Part shown: positions 1 through 13,360 of the stretch, in pieces
Layout: each line of letters begins with the position of its first letter
How positions within the stretch are numbered: position 1 is the stretch's first letter
DNA from: Octopus sinensis
Taxonomy: Eukaryota
Length of the DNA: 64,000 bases
Assembly (NCBI RefSeq): GCF_006345805.1
Contig: NC_043011.1
Coordinates: 55,812,464 to 55,876,463 of the forward strand
Direction of reading: 5' to 3'
The notes under the pieces: model-generated
Databases searched by the model: none
Seen by the model: only the letters and a program-made list of their open reading frames with translations
What the model was told of the DNA's origin: nothing
Program-made: the position numbers and the translations under genes

Positions 1-339
1 ATAGGATCCAGTTAGCTCAAGACATCATGAGGAGGAACCATGTCCGGTTTCAGCCCCTACTTTTCTACCGTTTTGACTCGGTGGGGCCCCCGCTTTCGGA
101 GGTGTCTTCAGCTCTGGTGTTGGGTGCATGTCTTCTTTCTTCTGTTCCCTGGCCTCTTCGATGTATCGTCAGCGAGTGTCAATCGGTGACTGACTGACTT
201 GTCAAATTTTTTCCTTTGCATTTTGTTTTTCTAGTAAATTGTGTGACCACGGACACATTCCCCCCTCAGCAAGGACAGATATAATCATAGTGGACAAAAT
301 GGCTCAATTCTTGCCTGTCAAGCAATTCAGTTCAGAAAC

Positions 340-1300
340 TTCAAAAATCTTGATTTTCTCTATGAAGTGTGCTCCATCTTTTCAGTCGCCATCTTAGACA
401 TAGAAATAAATCAGAATCCAACATAAAATGTTTTGTCTCTTCTTTTACAGCTTTCTCTTCATTCTTCTGACTTTTAAAATAAAATGTTTTACATATGTGA
501 AGAACAGCTCTCCTTTTATATGTTTCATTGAATATACAGCTGTGTTTCAACTTTTATCTCTTTTATTTTAGACTTTACAGATTTTCTTAGTTTTGTTTTT
601 TACAGTTGGTTTGAAACAAAGTTCCTGCATTTCTATTCGACATTTGCATTTCTTCAGTCATATTTTCAAGAGCTGAATATATTTGGCCTCTGTTGTTTCT
701 TATATATTGGTTGAATTCATGTACAATTTCTCACTAAAAGCAATGTCTCTTTCTCTCTCTCTCTCTCCGTCCTTTGGTTTTTGTACGTTGATGTTTTCTA
801 TTGCAAAACATGTTGTTGAATATCTGACATTGTGCCATGAAGATTGGTGTTAAGAAGAAGTCGAAGAAATCTAAATTATTTTCTTTCCACGTAAGGTTGC
901 ATACACACAGTTATTGCTCTCCGTTTCTTCCGTTGCAATCATTGATATATTTGGAGGAACAAAGAATATTTCTGTTGTGTTGCATTTTAAAGAATGTTTG
1001 GCTCTGGTTACTATCAGTCAGGCAATTATTTTAATATCCTTCAATGAAATGGTTTTACTTGTTTGAGCAGAATCTATTTTGTTGCTAGCTTCATAAATAG
1101 GTTTGTTAATGTCTTCAAACATGGAGAACTGTTGCCAAGTTAAGAAATTCTACGATCATTTTTGTGGTTGTTTACATGAATATTGATGTAGCCAGAAATA
1201 ATGATATTAAAGTAATGGAGACAAACAAAATGAAGTGATCCAATGACACAAGTTATTTATATAGAAACTAAAGCATGGAATTTTCCAGTTGATGAAAATT
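340..1300 (-). mobile_element. possible highly decayed L2/CR1-type LINE remnant (endonuclease region)
   Basis: Broken minus-strand frames give IIISGYINIHVNN (GDxNxH-like), FEDINKPIYEASNKID and MLDSDLFLCLRWRLKRWS. Many stops; the motif match is loose. Confidence 0.3.
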
Positions 1301-1719
1301 TTACTTGGCAACCAATGTTTTTAAAAGATATAAAAGATTTTTAAGATCGAGATCTCAAAAAAAAAAAAAAAAGTTATTTTCAAGTAAGCATTATTTCAGA
1401 GCCATTTCTTTGGCTGTTTTTTCCGAAAGAAATGATGGATGTCAGAGTTGCAATATAAACATTTATATTTGAAAGAGCCAAGTTTCTTGGAAAATATTAA
1501 CATTGATTTAAGGAATGTCACTTTGGTTTGAATCAACAAACCATTTTGTATCATACAGGCTACAACACTCCAGTTGGGTTTTTACAACTTTAGCCATTGA
1601 GCTTTGTACATTCAGTCTTTATAACAGGATTAGTGTTTTGTAGATTGAGTTTCTGTTGTGAATAGAATTCAGCACAGAACAAGCAACAGAAGTTTTCTCA
1701 GTTGAAATTCTTCGTAAAG

Positions 1720-2677
1720 TGATACATGAGACTTTTCCAAGATCAGCAAATGCATGCTGCAGCATGTCAGATGAAGTCTTAAGAGAGAAGGGAGATGAGA
1801 CTTTCCCAAGATCAGCAAATGCATATGCTGCAGTACTTAATGTTGGATCATTAAAACAACATTTTAATGATTAGACAGAGAATAGCTCTCAGAAACAGAC
1901 TACATACAAATTTGTTCTTCACAACTCTTGGAGCTGCTTTCAGATATAATCCATCCCATTCTTATAAAAATGGTAATTTTGTCCAAATTGGTGTGCTAAG
2001 CTCAAATTGTCATTTCTGCAAAGCTTTAAAATTTCCTAATGAAACTAATAGCATGCACTGCTCTTGCGGTAAGGTAAGATTGCCAGCACTACCAGCCTCT
2101 CTTCGACCTCTTATGGATCTTCTGGAAGGTACTTCCATCCAGTCAAAGGATTTTCTGAACAATATCAGACAAAACAACTCCGCATTTCAAATGATATCAT
2201 TTGGTGCATCTAAGAAGATACTTAAACATGAATTTACGCTGATGTCAAAGTTCAAGGGCAAGTCTATCACCTCATTGGTTCCTTGTTACCCACAAATGAA
2301 CAACCACAGTTCCTCCAAATTTACTTTATGAGTGATGTAGGGCAACAAACCCCGAAGGAGGTGTCAAAATTTCAGACAATGGGTCGTGTTAGACACAGCG
2401 CCGACTGCCGCAAATGAGAGTATATTCACTAACAGCTTTCCGGTGCATTCAAAAATCACATAACCCCCGTCCCCAATTTTCCATGACAGGTTAGGACCTG
2501 AGATACTCCAAACGGACATATGGTATGTCACTTAGTTGAATTAACCCATTATTTACTTCACAAATGTTTTGTCGTCAATGCTGCACTTTCCCGTATCACC
2601 AGTTTCAACATAACTGCAATATATTATATACAAACTATGCCATTTTAATCCCGAGCAATGCCGGGTATCTCTGCAAG
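1720..2677 (+). mobile_element. Helitron internal-deletion derivative (N-terminal Rep region fused to the 3' terminus)
   Basis: ORF 1867-2331 has CHFCKALKFPNETNSMHCSCGKVRLP...SKDFLNNIRQNNSAFQMISFGA. A frameshifted continuation gives KVQGQVYHLIGSLLPTNEQPQFLQIYF, a classic Helitron motif. A terminal hairpin cccgagcaatgccggg (2650-2665) is followed by ctgCAAG (CTAG-like end). Confidence 0.85.
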
Positions 2678-2690
2678 GAATAATATATAA

Positions 2691-4060
2691 GTATGGAATT
2701 TGGATTAGATAAGTGCGCAATATTAGTCAAATAAAGAGACAGGTAGTCCACAGTGGAGGCATTCAATTACCAGATAGCCAGACATTAACATCACTGACAG
2801 GAGGGAGTTATAAAAGTAGCTAAGAGTATTAAAATCAGAGTACTAACTATAGAGATGAAAGTACAACAGAAGGGTGAAGAAGTTAATGAAGACAAAGCTA
2901 AATGGTTCAAATCTAGTGAAAGCTGTAAATACTTGGGCAGTATCATTACTTAGATACTCAGCAGCTTTTGTAGATTGAATAAAATCTGAATTAGCAAATC
3001 TAAACAGAAGAACTGGAAAGGAATTCAATATGAATGGAGGACTTCATCCAAGGGCAGGAGAAACAAGATTATACTTTTCTAGAAAGAAGAGTGGAAGGCT
3101 GTGTGGAGTTAGTTAGAATAGATATAGTCTCTTATGTAGGTAATAGTGAGGAAATTTTATTAAGAGCTGCTAGAGTAACAGTAGGAGATAGGGAAACCAA
3201 AAAGCCAAATGAAGTTAAAAACTAGAAAAAAGAAGCGATGGGCAAAAGAAAGTTTTGCATGCTAGATTTCCAAAGATAGTGGCAGAAAATAGTAATAGTG
3301 AGACATGGTTGTAGTTGCAGAAAGGATGGCTAAAAAAGGAGACAGGAAGTTTTATAGTAGCAGCACAAGGTCAAGCATTGAGGATTAATTGGATAAAAGC
3401 CAAGATTGACAAAAATCGAGTAGATTCCCAAGGTAGGTTATGTTACTCATATAGTAAGAGAATGTAGTGTGCCGGTACAGAAAGAATACAAGAAAAGACA
3501 TGATAACCTAGGGAGAATAATCCACAGGGAGTTCTGTAGAAAGCTAGAATTTGATCATACTGATAAATGGTATGCAGATGAACCTAGTAAAGTATTAGAA
3601 AGTAAGAAATATGAGGAGATGTATTTTAACATTCATACTGACCAAAGTAATAGAAGTTAGAAGACCTGATTTAGTAGTAGTAGACAAAGAGAATAGAAAG
3701 TGGCAGGTGATTGACTTAACAGCCCCCAAAGGATAAGTTGATATGAGAGATATAGAGAAAGCAGCAGAGCACCAGGACCTGGCCATTGAGTTACAGAGAC
3801 TATGGAAAGAGTGGGTAAAATGTATCCTTGTACTTATAGGTGCATTAGGAATTATCCCTAAAGCCTTGGAAAAGATGGATAGAGGAAATAGGTGTGAAAC
3901 CTTATTTAGTGCAGCTCCAGAAAACAGTATTATTAGGGACAGCTAAGATACTTAGAAAGGTTTTTGACATCTAAGGTTACTTGTAGCCTGATGCTGGAAA
4001 TTTTTTGCTTTCCAACAGTTTAATTGGTTGTACATCTATGAAATAATGGTGGATGATAAT
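2691..4060 (+). mobile_element. Dong/R4-clade non-LTR retrotransposon, decayed 3' fragment (RT end, CCHC region, restriction-like endonuclease)
   Basis: MEFGLDKCA; EYNRRVKKLMKTKLNGSNLVKAVNTWAVSLLRYSA; NGGLHPRA; HIVREC...KEYKKRHDN; RPDLVVVDKENRKWQVID; DLAIELQRLWK...LIGALG. Several stops and frameshifts. Confidence 0.9.
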
Positions 4061-4403
4061 ATGTGCATCTCTGATCATGAGCAGAAGTAGTGGGGGAGCA
4101 TCATAGCCATGTGTTGAGAGTAATTTTGGGGAGTTTGGATAATCAACCTTTATTCAGAGACCTTTTGAGCAGGATGGGCTACTCGACCAGAAGAAAATTC
4201 TAACTGGGCCCCACCTGCAAGGTCATGTGCTATTTATCTTGATATGATATCCTTATGTCGTGCACATATGGTTGTGATGCCTGTGCCTGGTGCACCGTTA
4301 TCAGACGGGTAGTCATGATGGGTATACTGGACTTCGTATATTTTACCCCAGTGTCACTTTGATGGCATGCACTGCTCTCTCACTCAAAATTAATAATAAT
4401 AAT
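4061..4403 (+). repeat. interspersed repeat 3' end with (AAT)n tail
   Basis: Non-coding block ending ...gtcactttgatggcatgcactgctctctcactca followed by aataataat. I recall it as a common octopus repeat; family not assigned. Confidence 0.5.
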
Positions 4404-4560
4404 GTTGTGGACTGGTAGAATCATTATTGACCAAGATACCTTGAGGTATTTGTTTTGCCTCTTTACATTCAAATCCCACAGAAAAACCTCACCTTTCATC
4501 CCTCTGGGATCAACCAAGTACCAGTGAAGCATTGTGGACAATTTAATCAACCAACCACCC
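4404..4560 (+). mobile_element. old diverged copy of SINE family A
   Basis: Degenerate match to the ttcaaatcccac...ctttcatcc...aagtaccagt core of the younger copies. Confidence 0.5.
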
Positions 4561-4879
4561 CATTCCATCACCTCAAAATTGCCAGAATTTGACCTAAATT
4601 AAAAACATTTATTATTATATTGATATATGAAGTCTCCTACATGTTGTTACAATAACAATTATATTCAAAATTGTTTGTATAGTTGTGTAGTTTGTGCTGA
4701 ACAAAAACCTACAGAATTTAACTCGGTTCTTCAATGTTGGTGAACCACGTTTATTTTGTTAGTTTTCTTTGTAATAAAACATATTTGATATTTTTCTCAT
4801 AAAATGTATTTGTATGTAAAGCCTTCAGACATAAACAGGTGAAAAGTGTAATAAAAGTTTAATGTTTCAAACATTTCCC

Positions 4880-5370
4880 ATTCATTTCTCCCTTGAATCG
4901 AAGGATATGGCCGTCTTAAGTGCTTAATTAATATTAGAGATAAAAGCAATGAAAGGATATTGTATGATATAATGAGAGGGATGGTGGGCGAGTTTGGAGA
5001 CATTGTATAAGAGGTATAAAGTTGTATAACACTTAAGCATGGCCAGTGGATACAAAAGAGCTGAGATGAGAGAAAGACAATGTGTTTGTGGTCCATCAGC
5101 TGTGCAGCGTTTGTTCGTGGAAAGAATTAAGAAAAGATGTGTGGACTGAGTGATTGTGCATCAAAGACATTGGCACATTTATGCAGTAGAGACAACAATG
5201 CCTGCACGGACGTGTAAATGCATAATGGCTTCCTAATGAAGGGCTGATAGTAAGGCAATATAATTTAGAATTAACAGAAGGAACACCAGAAATGTGGTAA
5301 TGAGGTCAGAATTAAGAGCATTGGACCTCTTAGATAGAATAAACCAGAAATGAGATGTATGGAGACAAAT
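4880..5370 (+). mobile_element. highly decayed RTE-type LINE C-terminal fragment
   Basis: Broken frames (WPVDTKELR...) loosely resemble the RTE segment after the RT domain; many stops. Confidence 0.3.
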
Positions 5371-5805
5371 TCAATTCAGGTCAGCATGACAAAATTGGAA
5401 TTTAAGAAACAAAAATTAAGCTAATTTAACAGTCGCAATAACCAAAATCTATAGAATCTTGTTTATAAAGCATTCAACAAGCTGATTTGACTGAAGTAAA
5501 GAGATAAATGTGCTTTATTGAAAATAATAACAACACAATGTCAATCACAAGGTTCAACTATTATTTAACTTATTAGAGCCACTTAACCACTCAGCTTTCG
5601 TGTATTTGGCTTTACTAAGGAAACGGAATACAATTCTGATGGTAATTGATATTTTTTTTTTAAATTTAGACCTAATATGGCTGATATGATGTCCTCTCTC
5701 TTAACTAAAAAAAAACCTCTTCATCCATGCCTCTTAATATCAGCTTCTTGCCATCTGGTTTCTTCTTTACATTTACAACGAACCAACTGAAAAATTTAAT
5801 ATCTG

Positions 5806-6030
5806 TTTATTTATTACCCAGAAGGGGCTAAACATAGAGGGGACAAACAAGGACAGACAAACGGATTAAATTGATTACATCGACCCCAGTGCGTAACTGG
5901 TACTTAATTCATCAACCCCGAAAGGATGAAAAGCAAGGTCGACCTCAGCAGAATTTGAACTCAGAATGTAACAGCAGACGAAATACGGCTATGCATTTCG
6001 CCCAGCGTGCTAACAGTTCTGCCAGCTCGC
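5806..6030 (-). mobile_element. tRNA-derived SINE family A
   Basis: Reverse complement closely matches the copies at 8798 and 18801; A-box-like tggcagaa and B-box-like gagttcaaattc. Confidence 0.9.
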
Positions 6031-7230
6031 AATATCATTGAAGTAAAATACTATCCTTAAACCTGTTTCCTCTGGATAAAGCAATAAATCTATAATCAGA
6101 CACTGTGAACTAAACAATGTCTTGCAGATCATTATTCTTCTGCTTATCAATTACCTGCTTCAACTCCTGTTCATTCAACGTTCCCCAGCATTCATGCAAT
6201 TTGAACAACAATAGATCATGTCTTCAATAACACAATAGAACCGATGCTGCTAATACTGGTGCCAATCAAATATTGAACAGAATTACAAGTCTGATCTATA
6301 CCGAAGCAGATAATTATTTTTTTGAAAAACATTTTTTGCAAAAATCATTCAGTTTGCTTTTTTTGTTCAAAATAATTTCCATTGTAGAATTGTTAAAGTT
6401 TGGTTCTCTAAATTTGCTTGTCTTGTGCCACAGTCTGAGCAATAATTTACAGTGATTCTCTCCATACCATTATTTGTTTGGTTATTTTTCTGAGTTCTTC
6501 CAAGTTTTGTAGACAGTTCAGTTGGCCTCTAATTATAAATGTATTTTGTTTTTTTCAAATCACTTGAAAATATTTCTCCCCATTTGTAAACCCCACCAGT
6601 TAACTGATGGCAGAGCTTTTAGTTGTAACCTTCTTCTCTTCCTATAGAGAACACAAATGCACTGGATTAAACTAGATTGTTTTAAGATGAAGACAAAACT
6701 AATTTAAATGCTAAATTTGGGCTGGTGTCTATAACATGATTGCTAATGCAACAAAGCAATGTAGAAGATGTGGCTTTCATTTCTTCCTTTTATTCATGCT
6801 TGGTTTCCATTCAGATGAATGTTTTATAATTATGCCAATATTTAGTTTTAATACATAAAAGAGCTTTTTTTTTTTTCTCCCGTTTTGACAAAATATGAAA
6901 ATAGAACATGTGTGTGTGTGTGTGTGGGGGGGTGTTAACTCTCTCAGCCAAATAATAACAATGGAAAGCTACATAATTGTGTTACTACGGCTACTGAGGG
7001 ATAATGGTGAGAGATATAAAAGCACTCTCATGAAACATTTGAAATCTCAGCTTAAAAGTAGCAATTCACTAAGAGATTATTGCCTGGTATTACCATATGA
7101 CTGCTGTCTGATATTACCATTATGAGAAAAATGGTAAATTCACTAAATTAATATTGCAGAACTACAGTCTCCCAAATATTGCAAGAAATTTAAGGCAAAG
7201 TAAATGCTAGATTTTTTTTCAATGTTTTTT

Positions 7231-7350
7231 CGGTGGCATGTAAAAAGCACCATTCAAACGTGGCCAATGCCAGTGCTGCCTTGACTGGCTTCCGTGGTCG
7301 AACTGTCCAACCCATGCTAGCATGGAAAACGGACGTTAAACGATGGTGAT
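7231..7350 (+). mobile_element. RTE 3'-UTR repeat (family B), internally deleted
   Basis: Module ggtggcatgtaaaaagcacc joined to the terminal ccaacccatgctagcatggaaaacggacgttaaacgatg. Confidence 0.85.
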
Positions 7351-8025
7351 TACTATTATTGTTAGGATGTTTCTATAAATATAAATATTTTCATGAATTG
7401 TCAGAGAAGGTATTGTTGCTGCTAATTACAATCCAAATGCGACTCATACAACTCTAGAACAAAAGTCAGTCCCCCTCCACCCCCCCATTCCAGCTGAAGT
7501 AAGAAACTGGTCAATGTGTTCACAATCAAAAGACAAGTCTACAACATCATAATCAGTCACAAGTATTTTCCAACTCTCAAGAAGAAAGTAATTAACTTAG
7601 CAGGTTAATCTGTAATAGGAGGTGAGCATCCTATCCAAGGAGTTCTGTTCATCATCCACTCATTATTGTAGAAAATAGAAACATGAACGTCCCCTACAGT
7701 TGTAAGACAATTTCATGTTTTAATAATAATTTCAAGAAAATAAACTATTAAGAATGGTTTGTCGAGTTAAAAAACCAAAACCTGCAAAAATCAGTAACCT
7801 CCAGAGGCTTAACAACACTACATGCTAAATAATTATGCGTCTAAGTTATATATATGGTAGCTGCCCCCTCGTTATCGAGTATGGCCATTGCATAAAACTT
7901 AATCAATGTTGTTATCATGCAATGCCTATGCAAGAAGATGTTTTTTTAAAGTGAGGAAAAGCTGTGCACTGAGTCAATCCCACTCACTAAGCAACAGCAG
8001 CCATAATCCGAAAAGAACAAGTCAA

Positions 8026-8356
8026 CATCATCGGTAACCACTGAGCCGCAGGTTTTATGTCGGAGTTATCCCAGTTACCTGACTTACCTTCTCCTAGAAG
8101 GATGCCCTAACAAAGGCTAGGAGTCCTTCACTCCCAATGGTTTAACCGCGCGATCGAGTATTCAGTCCAATTATTTCTATGTCCCCGCGCATGATACAAC
8201 CTTAAGACATTTATTGGATGGCCGTTGACTCTCAAGAGTTCCTCCGCCTTTGATGGGCTTCGTTTTTCATCCCGCACGGTGTCCAATAATCACCCTCCTC
8301 ACCAAGCAAGCTTGGTGAGGTTGCCGGTTTAGTCGCCGACGACCCGACCATGCAAC
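8026..8356 (-). mobile_element. probable RTE LINE 5' UTR fragment
   Basis: GC/CpG-rich block with a perfect 11-bp hairpin cctcaccaagc-aa-gcttggtgagg (8297-8320), resembling RTE/BovB-type 5' ends. Non-coding, so the assignment is an inference. Confidence 0.55.
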
Positions 8357-8797
8357 ATGTTGTACTGGGTTACATGTTACCAGTATATATTTATATCTTG
8401 TCAAAGCAACATTTACTGCCAATCAACCCAGCATTCTTGACCCAACCACCACTCTACCTGTTGCTCATCTCTCTCTCTCTCTCATTCATATCCCTCCATC
8501 TCTATCCCCATTCAATTCTCCCATCCCTATCGCCATCCTTGTCACTCTACCATTCTCACCCTTCATTAGGAGACTCCATCAGGTCATCCTCCTCCCTCAG
8601 TTACATTCTCTCATCCTTGGGCCTATGTCTAAGAGACAACACCAAACTGTCTGTACCCAATACAGTCTAATTCCACCTTTTTATTTTTACTGTCAGCCAC
8701 CACTGTCTGCCTGTCTGTCTGTCTCTCTCCTGGGGCCAATTCTGTTATTACCCATCACCTACTCTTGCATTTATTAACCTCTGTTATTTGCTTTTAA

Positions 8798-9028
8798 GGC
8801 AGTGAGCTGGCAGAACCGTTAGCACACCAGGCAAAATGCGTAGCCGTATTTCGTCTGCCGTTACGTTCTGAGTTCAAATTCCGCCGAGGTCGACTTTGCC
8901 TTTCATCCTTTTGGGGTCGATTAAATAAATACCAATTATGCACTGGGGTCGATGTAATCAACTTAATTCATTTGTCTGTCCTTGTTTGTCCCCTCTATGT
9001 TTAGCCCCTTGTGGGTAATAAAGAAACA
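8798..9028 (+). mobile_element. tRNA-derived SINE family A, full length
   Basis: ggcagtgagctggcagaa...gagttcaaattcc...gtgggtaataaagaaa. An 11-bp direct repeat gttatttgctt at 8783-8793 and 9031-9041 is a probable TSD. Confidence 0.92.
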
Positions 9029-9361
9029 AAGTTATTTGCTTATCACTCACTTCCCACTTTCACCCAATACCCATCTACCCTCATACTCTTCTTACTCCTT
9101 TCACCTACCTGTTTAGGCCCTCCTGATCTCATTGCTCCCAATGCCCTATTCTCATCCTTGGTTATGTTGCCTGAATGAAATTATATGCCTCCGGGTAGTG
9201 AATGTTCTTTACACTTTCTGCGTGTAAGGCACCGACCCCAGCAGTGGCATAACAGCAAAATGTCCCCCACTTCACTGCCCAGAGTGACAGCTAAGTGAAC
9301 AGAAGCAAAACAGGGTTGCAATGTCCTTTAAGTCCTGTCTTACCAAGTATTTGACAACCTC

Positions 9362-9558
9362 CCTAATGATGGTACCCTGAGAAATTGCACCAGCACTCAC
9401 TGTAAAGTGCTTGGTAAAAGGAAGGGTATCCAGTCACAGAAACAAAGCCAAATGATACAAACACCAGTGTATGAGAGCAGTGGCTCCTGATGAGAACTGA
9501 CTCTGAAGATGTCCAACTAATACCTGTAGGAAAGCAGATGTATGATGATGATGATGAT
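9362..9558 (+). mobile_element. old RTE 3'-UTR repeat (family B) with (GAT)n tail
   Basis: gcactcactgtaaagtgcttggtaaaaggaagggtatccag... ending in gatgatgatgatgatg. Confidence 0.6.
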
Positions 9559-10937
9559 GAATAAAATTGCAATATATTCCTAAAATTACATGCAGTTTAA
9601 CAGCTGCTAAAATGACGTCTGTTGAAAGAAAGTCAAAAGCAGGGTAGATTTAGATGACTTTCAAACAGGTGAAACAGTGAATTCTAAATTCTGTTCTGAT
9701 TCCTGGAAGCTCCAGACATTTCCTGAATGCATTCAACTAATTTATAGCATTTCAACTGGAATATGCCTTCCAAAATCTTTCACTGAAGATAGATTTTTCA
9801 GAATCACCATTGTCCAGTTTTCCTCTTTAGTAGAATGCTTGCTCTTTTACCTATAAAATCACTAAACCTTTGAGATCAAAATAAATCTTATCACTCAATC
9901 AGTCGTATTGCATCAGAAACATTGAAACTGTTGAAACAGAGTAGTCCACGATGAAAGAAAACTGAGGGGAAGACATGAAAAGTAAAACAGATGTTGTGTA
10001 TGTTATTTTTGTAACAGTTAGATGGCTAATACCTGGCCTTTGATGGCATCGCATAAAATATTACATGTAGTTTGGTGAGTAAAAACAGAAACAAGGTTAG
10101 GCTAAACAGTCGGATGTAGAGGTCAACAAATTCAAAGCATTTGGCAAAGGCAACCTTGACCTTCATTAAATTTTTTTTTTAATTAATATTAAGCTGTAAA
10201 TGAAAATAAACTATAGAAATCTAATAGGACCTGATGGTAACCAAAGCTGTGCAAATAACAGAAGAAAAAATATTGCTGAAATACAGAGTTGAACAGTCAA
10301 CACAAGAACTGATTCAAAATTATATCAAAAATGGTAAATCAAGAAACTTTCTTTCCAAAAGAAGCCCTTCATTTTCAAAGTTAAGAAATACTTTATTTTT
10401 GAAAACTTTGAAACAATCTATTCGTGATAAATTATTTATTAACTTCATGAGAGAATTATTTTAATCCCTTATAAACAATTTGAATTAAAACTACATTAAT
10501 AGTTTTTTCTTAAATTATATATTTTAGAGTTCGGTTAATTCTAATCAAATACCCCTTTCTGTATTTATTTGAAGGGTTTGATGCTGTTAGTTTCAGAAGT
10601 TTGTGACGTGTGGTTTGAAACCAATTAGTGTGTTTGATTTAGCTCTGGAGATTGATAATCAGAAGGAGACTAATCATATGAATGCAAAATTTTGGGAAGA
10701 GCAACTCCCTCTACCATTTGAGACTTATTTAGTTTGGATTAAAAAAAAAGATAATGTTTGTGCTTGATATGCACAAACTAAATATTCTCTAGATTAGTCT
10801 CAGCGACTTTTAGTGTAAGCTGAGTTGAAAATTCCATGCACGTAGACCCACCATCCCAGGCAAAATGATAAAAAAATAATTGATTACATCCTAATTAGAA
10901 ATTGAAACATTACCTCATGTTTTCATTTATACTGAAG

Positions 10938-10987
10938 TCTATCTATATATCTATATCTATATCTATCTATCTATCTATCTATATATA

Positions 10988-11024
<37 letters not shown>
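10938..11024. repeat. compound (TCTA)n/(TA)n microsatellite
   Basis: Read directly from the sequence. Confidence 0.95.
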
Positions 11025-11026
<2 letters not shown>

Positions 11027-13274
11027 CTGATGATGAAACTATCATAGTTTAAATGTTTAATCTTTTTTGTATGAACGATATTGATGCCTGCGTATCTAGT
11101 TTTTCTTTCTGTTAACTGATTCAAAACATTGCAAAACAAAGAACGTAATAAAAGTCTTTGGAAAGATGATGTGAGTAGATAGTCCCACACAGCACAACTC
11201 AAGTTGGCCAATGGCACAGAAGCAGTCAAGCAAATGTATAGCAGTAACCCAGAGGTGTAACATTTCAGACAGGTTATACTTTCATTGCGTTTGGGACCAT
11301 AGTCTACCCACCTTAAAGTCAGAGTTGATTGCATGGAGTGTAACATGGCAGAGAGGGCAAGTTGCTCCTAATTTCTTACTTCTGTTTAATCCCAAACCAG
11401 CCCTGAGTGAGCACACTTATAACTGAATATCCTATCTGTTTTTTCGAGGCATTGTATACTGAGGTTGGTCTTATCCAGTATGCCCTTCCTTTTTCAAGAT
11501 AACAGTGTTATGAGAGATTTATATGTGAATTCTAGCAGGCTCTTTTATTGGCTTGGTGAGTTTAGATTTGAAGGTGTTTGCCACAATGGAAGTAGATAGG
11601 ATGATACAATCAGTAGACAACAGTTAGCTTTGTATAACCAGAATGTTTTAGTAGCTGGCAATCCAGCAAATAGTTTGGGCCAAGTGAGGCAACTGGCTGC
11701 TGTTATTTTACCATATAAAAAATAGATTTCTGGTAAAGTTTTTAACAATTCATTATCCTTTCATTATTTAGAATAAGTAAGCACTTTATTTTATTTTATT
11801 AAATATTTCTTTAACTTCAATAATGTTGGTATTTTATGTGGACACCTAAATTTTTTTCTGGGCTTTTCTTAATGTTTTTGAAAAAGGTTGGAACATGACA
11901 CAATTTTATGTCTCTTCTTTAGATGTGAAGCCTTGTGACTATGGAAGAAATCAATATTTTATTGACTATAAAACTACATGAAAGTACCTTGTAAATTTCA
12001 ACGAAAATAAACAGCAACAACACTACAAAATGACAGGATAGTTGGCCATAAAAGTTTGTAATAAGTGAAGAAAGAAGTAAATATGACTGCCATGATTGAA
12101 TGAATGAAAAAAGATATTTATAAATTTATGTCTTCCAAAAGCAAAATAAATGCCAATGTAAGTTGGAAGAAAATCAATAAATAGAGGTCAGTTACCAAAA
12201 TGCTAGATTATAGCAGAGAAAGAAGGTTGGTAGTAGAATGGTACAATAGAGGAGGGGGAGTATAAGTGACTGACCCAAGATTTGTGCATAATTATAAAGT
12301 TCAGCACAAAAATACAAAAAGACACAAATCAAATGTTAAAAACACGAAGATATTGCTACATTTTGGAATTGATGGGTAAAATATCTATTTTAAAACATCA
12401 ACATAGTCTGTAATATGAATTCTCTTCGTTTCTCTCTTATGTAACATTTTTATATGAAGTTCTTTCAAAGAAAATAATCAATCGTACTAAATGCTACAAG
12501 TAAAATTCTGTAGGATGTGACATAATTCCTAAAAATCAACAATACACACGATCGTCTACAGTGATTTTGCTGACCTCCGACAGCAAATGCTATTTCCAGT
12601 GATAGGCCAAAAAACAGCAGTCTAACTTTTTGTGATTAAATATATAGTCGATTAGTTTGTATTAATAATTAAATAAGAAATAATTACTAACAGAAATGAG
12701 GAGTGATCTGGTCCTGAAGGGAAATAGATGCACACATGATAAGAACAGTGTTAAACAGTGATGCAACAAAAAAATTAGTTACAAACACGATTAGAATTAT
12801 ATTTTTATTGATTTTCATCTAAGCATAGGGAAAAAAAAGTTCTATCTTGACCCCACCCCTAACCACCACCCTCAAAAGATGCCAACAATGATCATATGAT
12901 TAGAAATGATTAGAATATAGTCAAATTAACAATAATAATTACAGATATTTTTCATTAAAGATTCAAAAATATATTTTACTCACAATGAAAATGAGACAAT
13001 TATCAAAAGAAATAAACACTTTTGAAATTTGTTTTATTTTACAGCTAGATTCCCCATAATTAACATTTATACTTAATGAGATAAACAAAAGAAAAAAGAC
13101 ACAATTTTCTTTTTTTTTTTTAGTACCTTTCAAGAATCGTCCCTTAATAACCTTCATTCACTTCAAGTGGCCAAAATATTAAAAAGAAATACAAAGATAC
13201 TCCAACCACTTTGGAATGTTTGCTAAAGTGATGTGATATAATGAAATATGGGTTTGTCCGATTCTATTACTTAC

Positions 13275-13360
13275 CCGCCGATATGTGACCCTCATGGTGT
13301 TTCTCTTGGGTGAGTTGGAAGTGGACATTTACATCCTCTGGTGAAACATTACAAGTTAAA
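13275..13360 (-). other. candidate alternative first coding exon (MSTSNSPKRNTMRVTYRR, phase 0)
   Basis: Acceptor catgttgcag| at 13361, in-frame stop just upstream of the ATG at 13328, 18 codons to CGG|gtaagt; CpGs retained. Confidence 0.45.

Noticed and set aside
1-200. CpG-rich segment at the window start with a short open minus-strand frame (RYIEEAREQKKEDMHPTPELK...)
   Set aside because: Bounded by stops, no clear splice sites and not BCH-like; probably a transposon fragment but not assignable.
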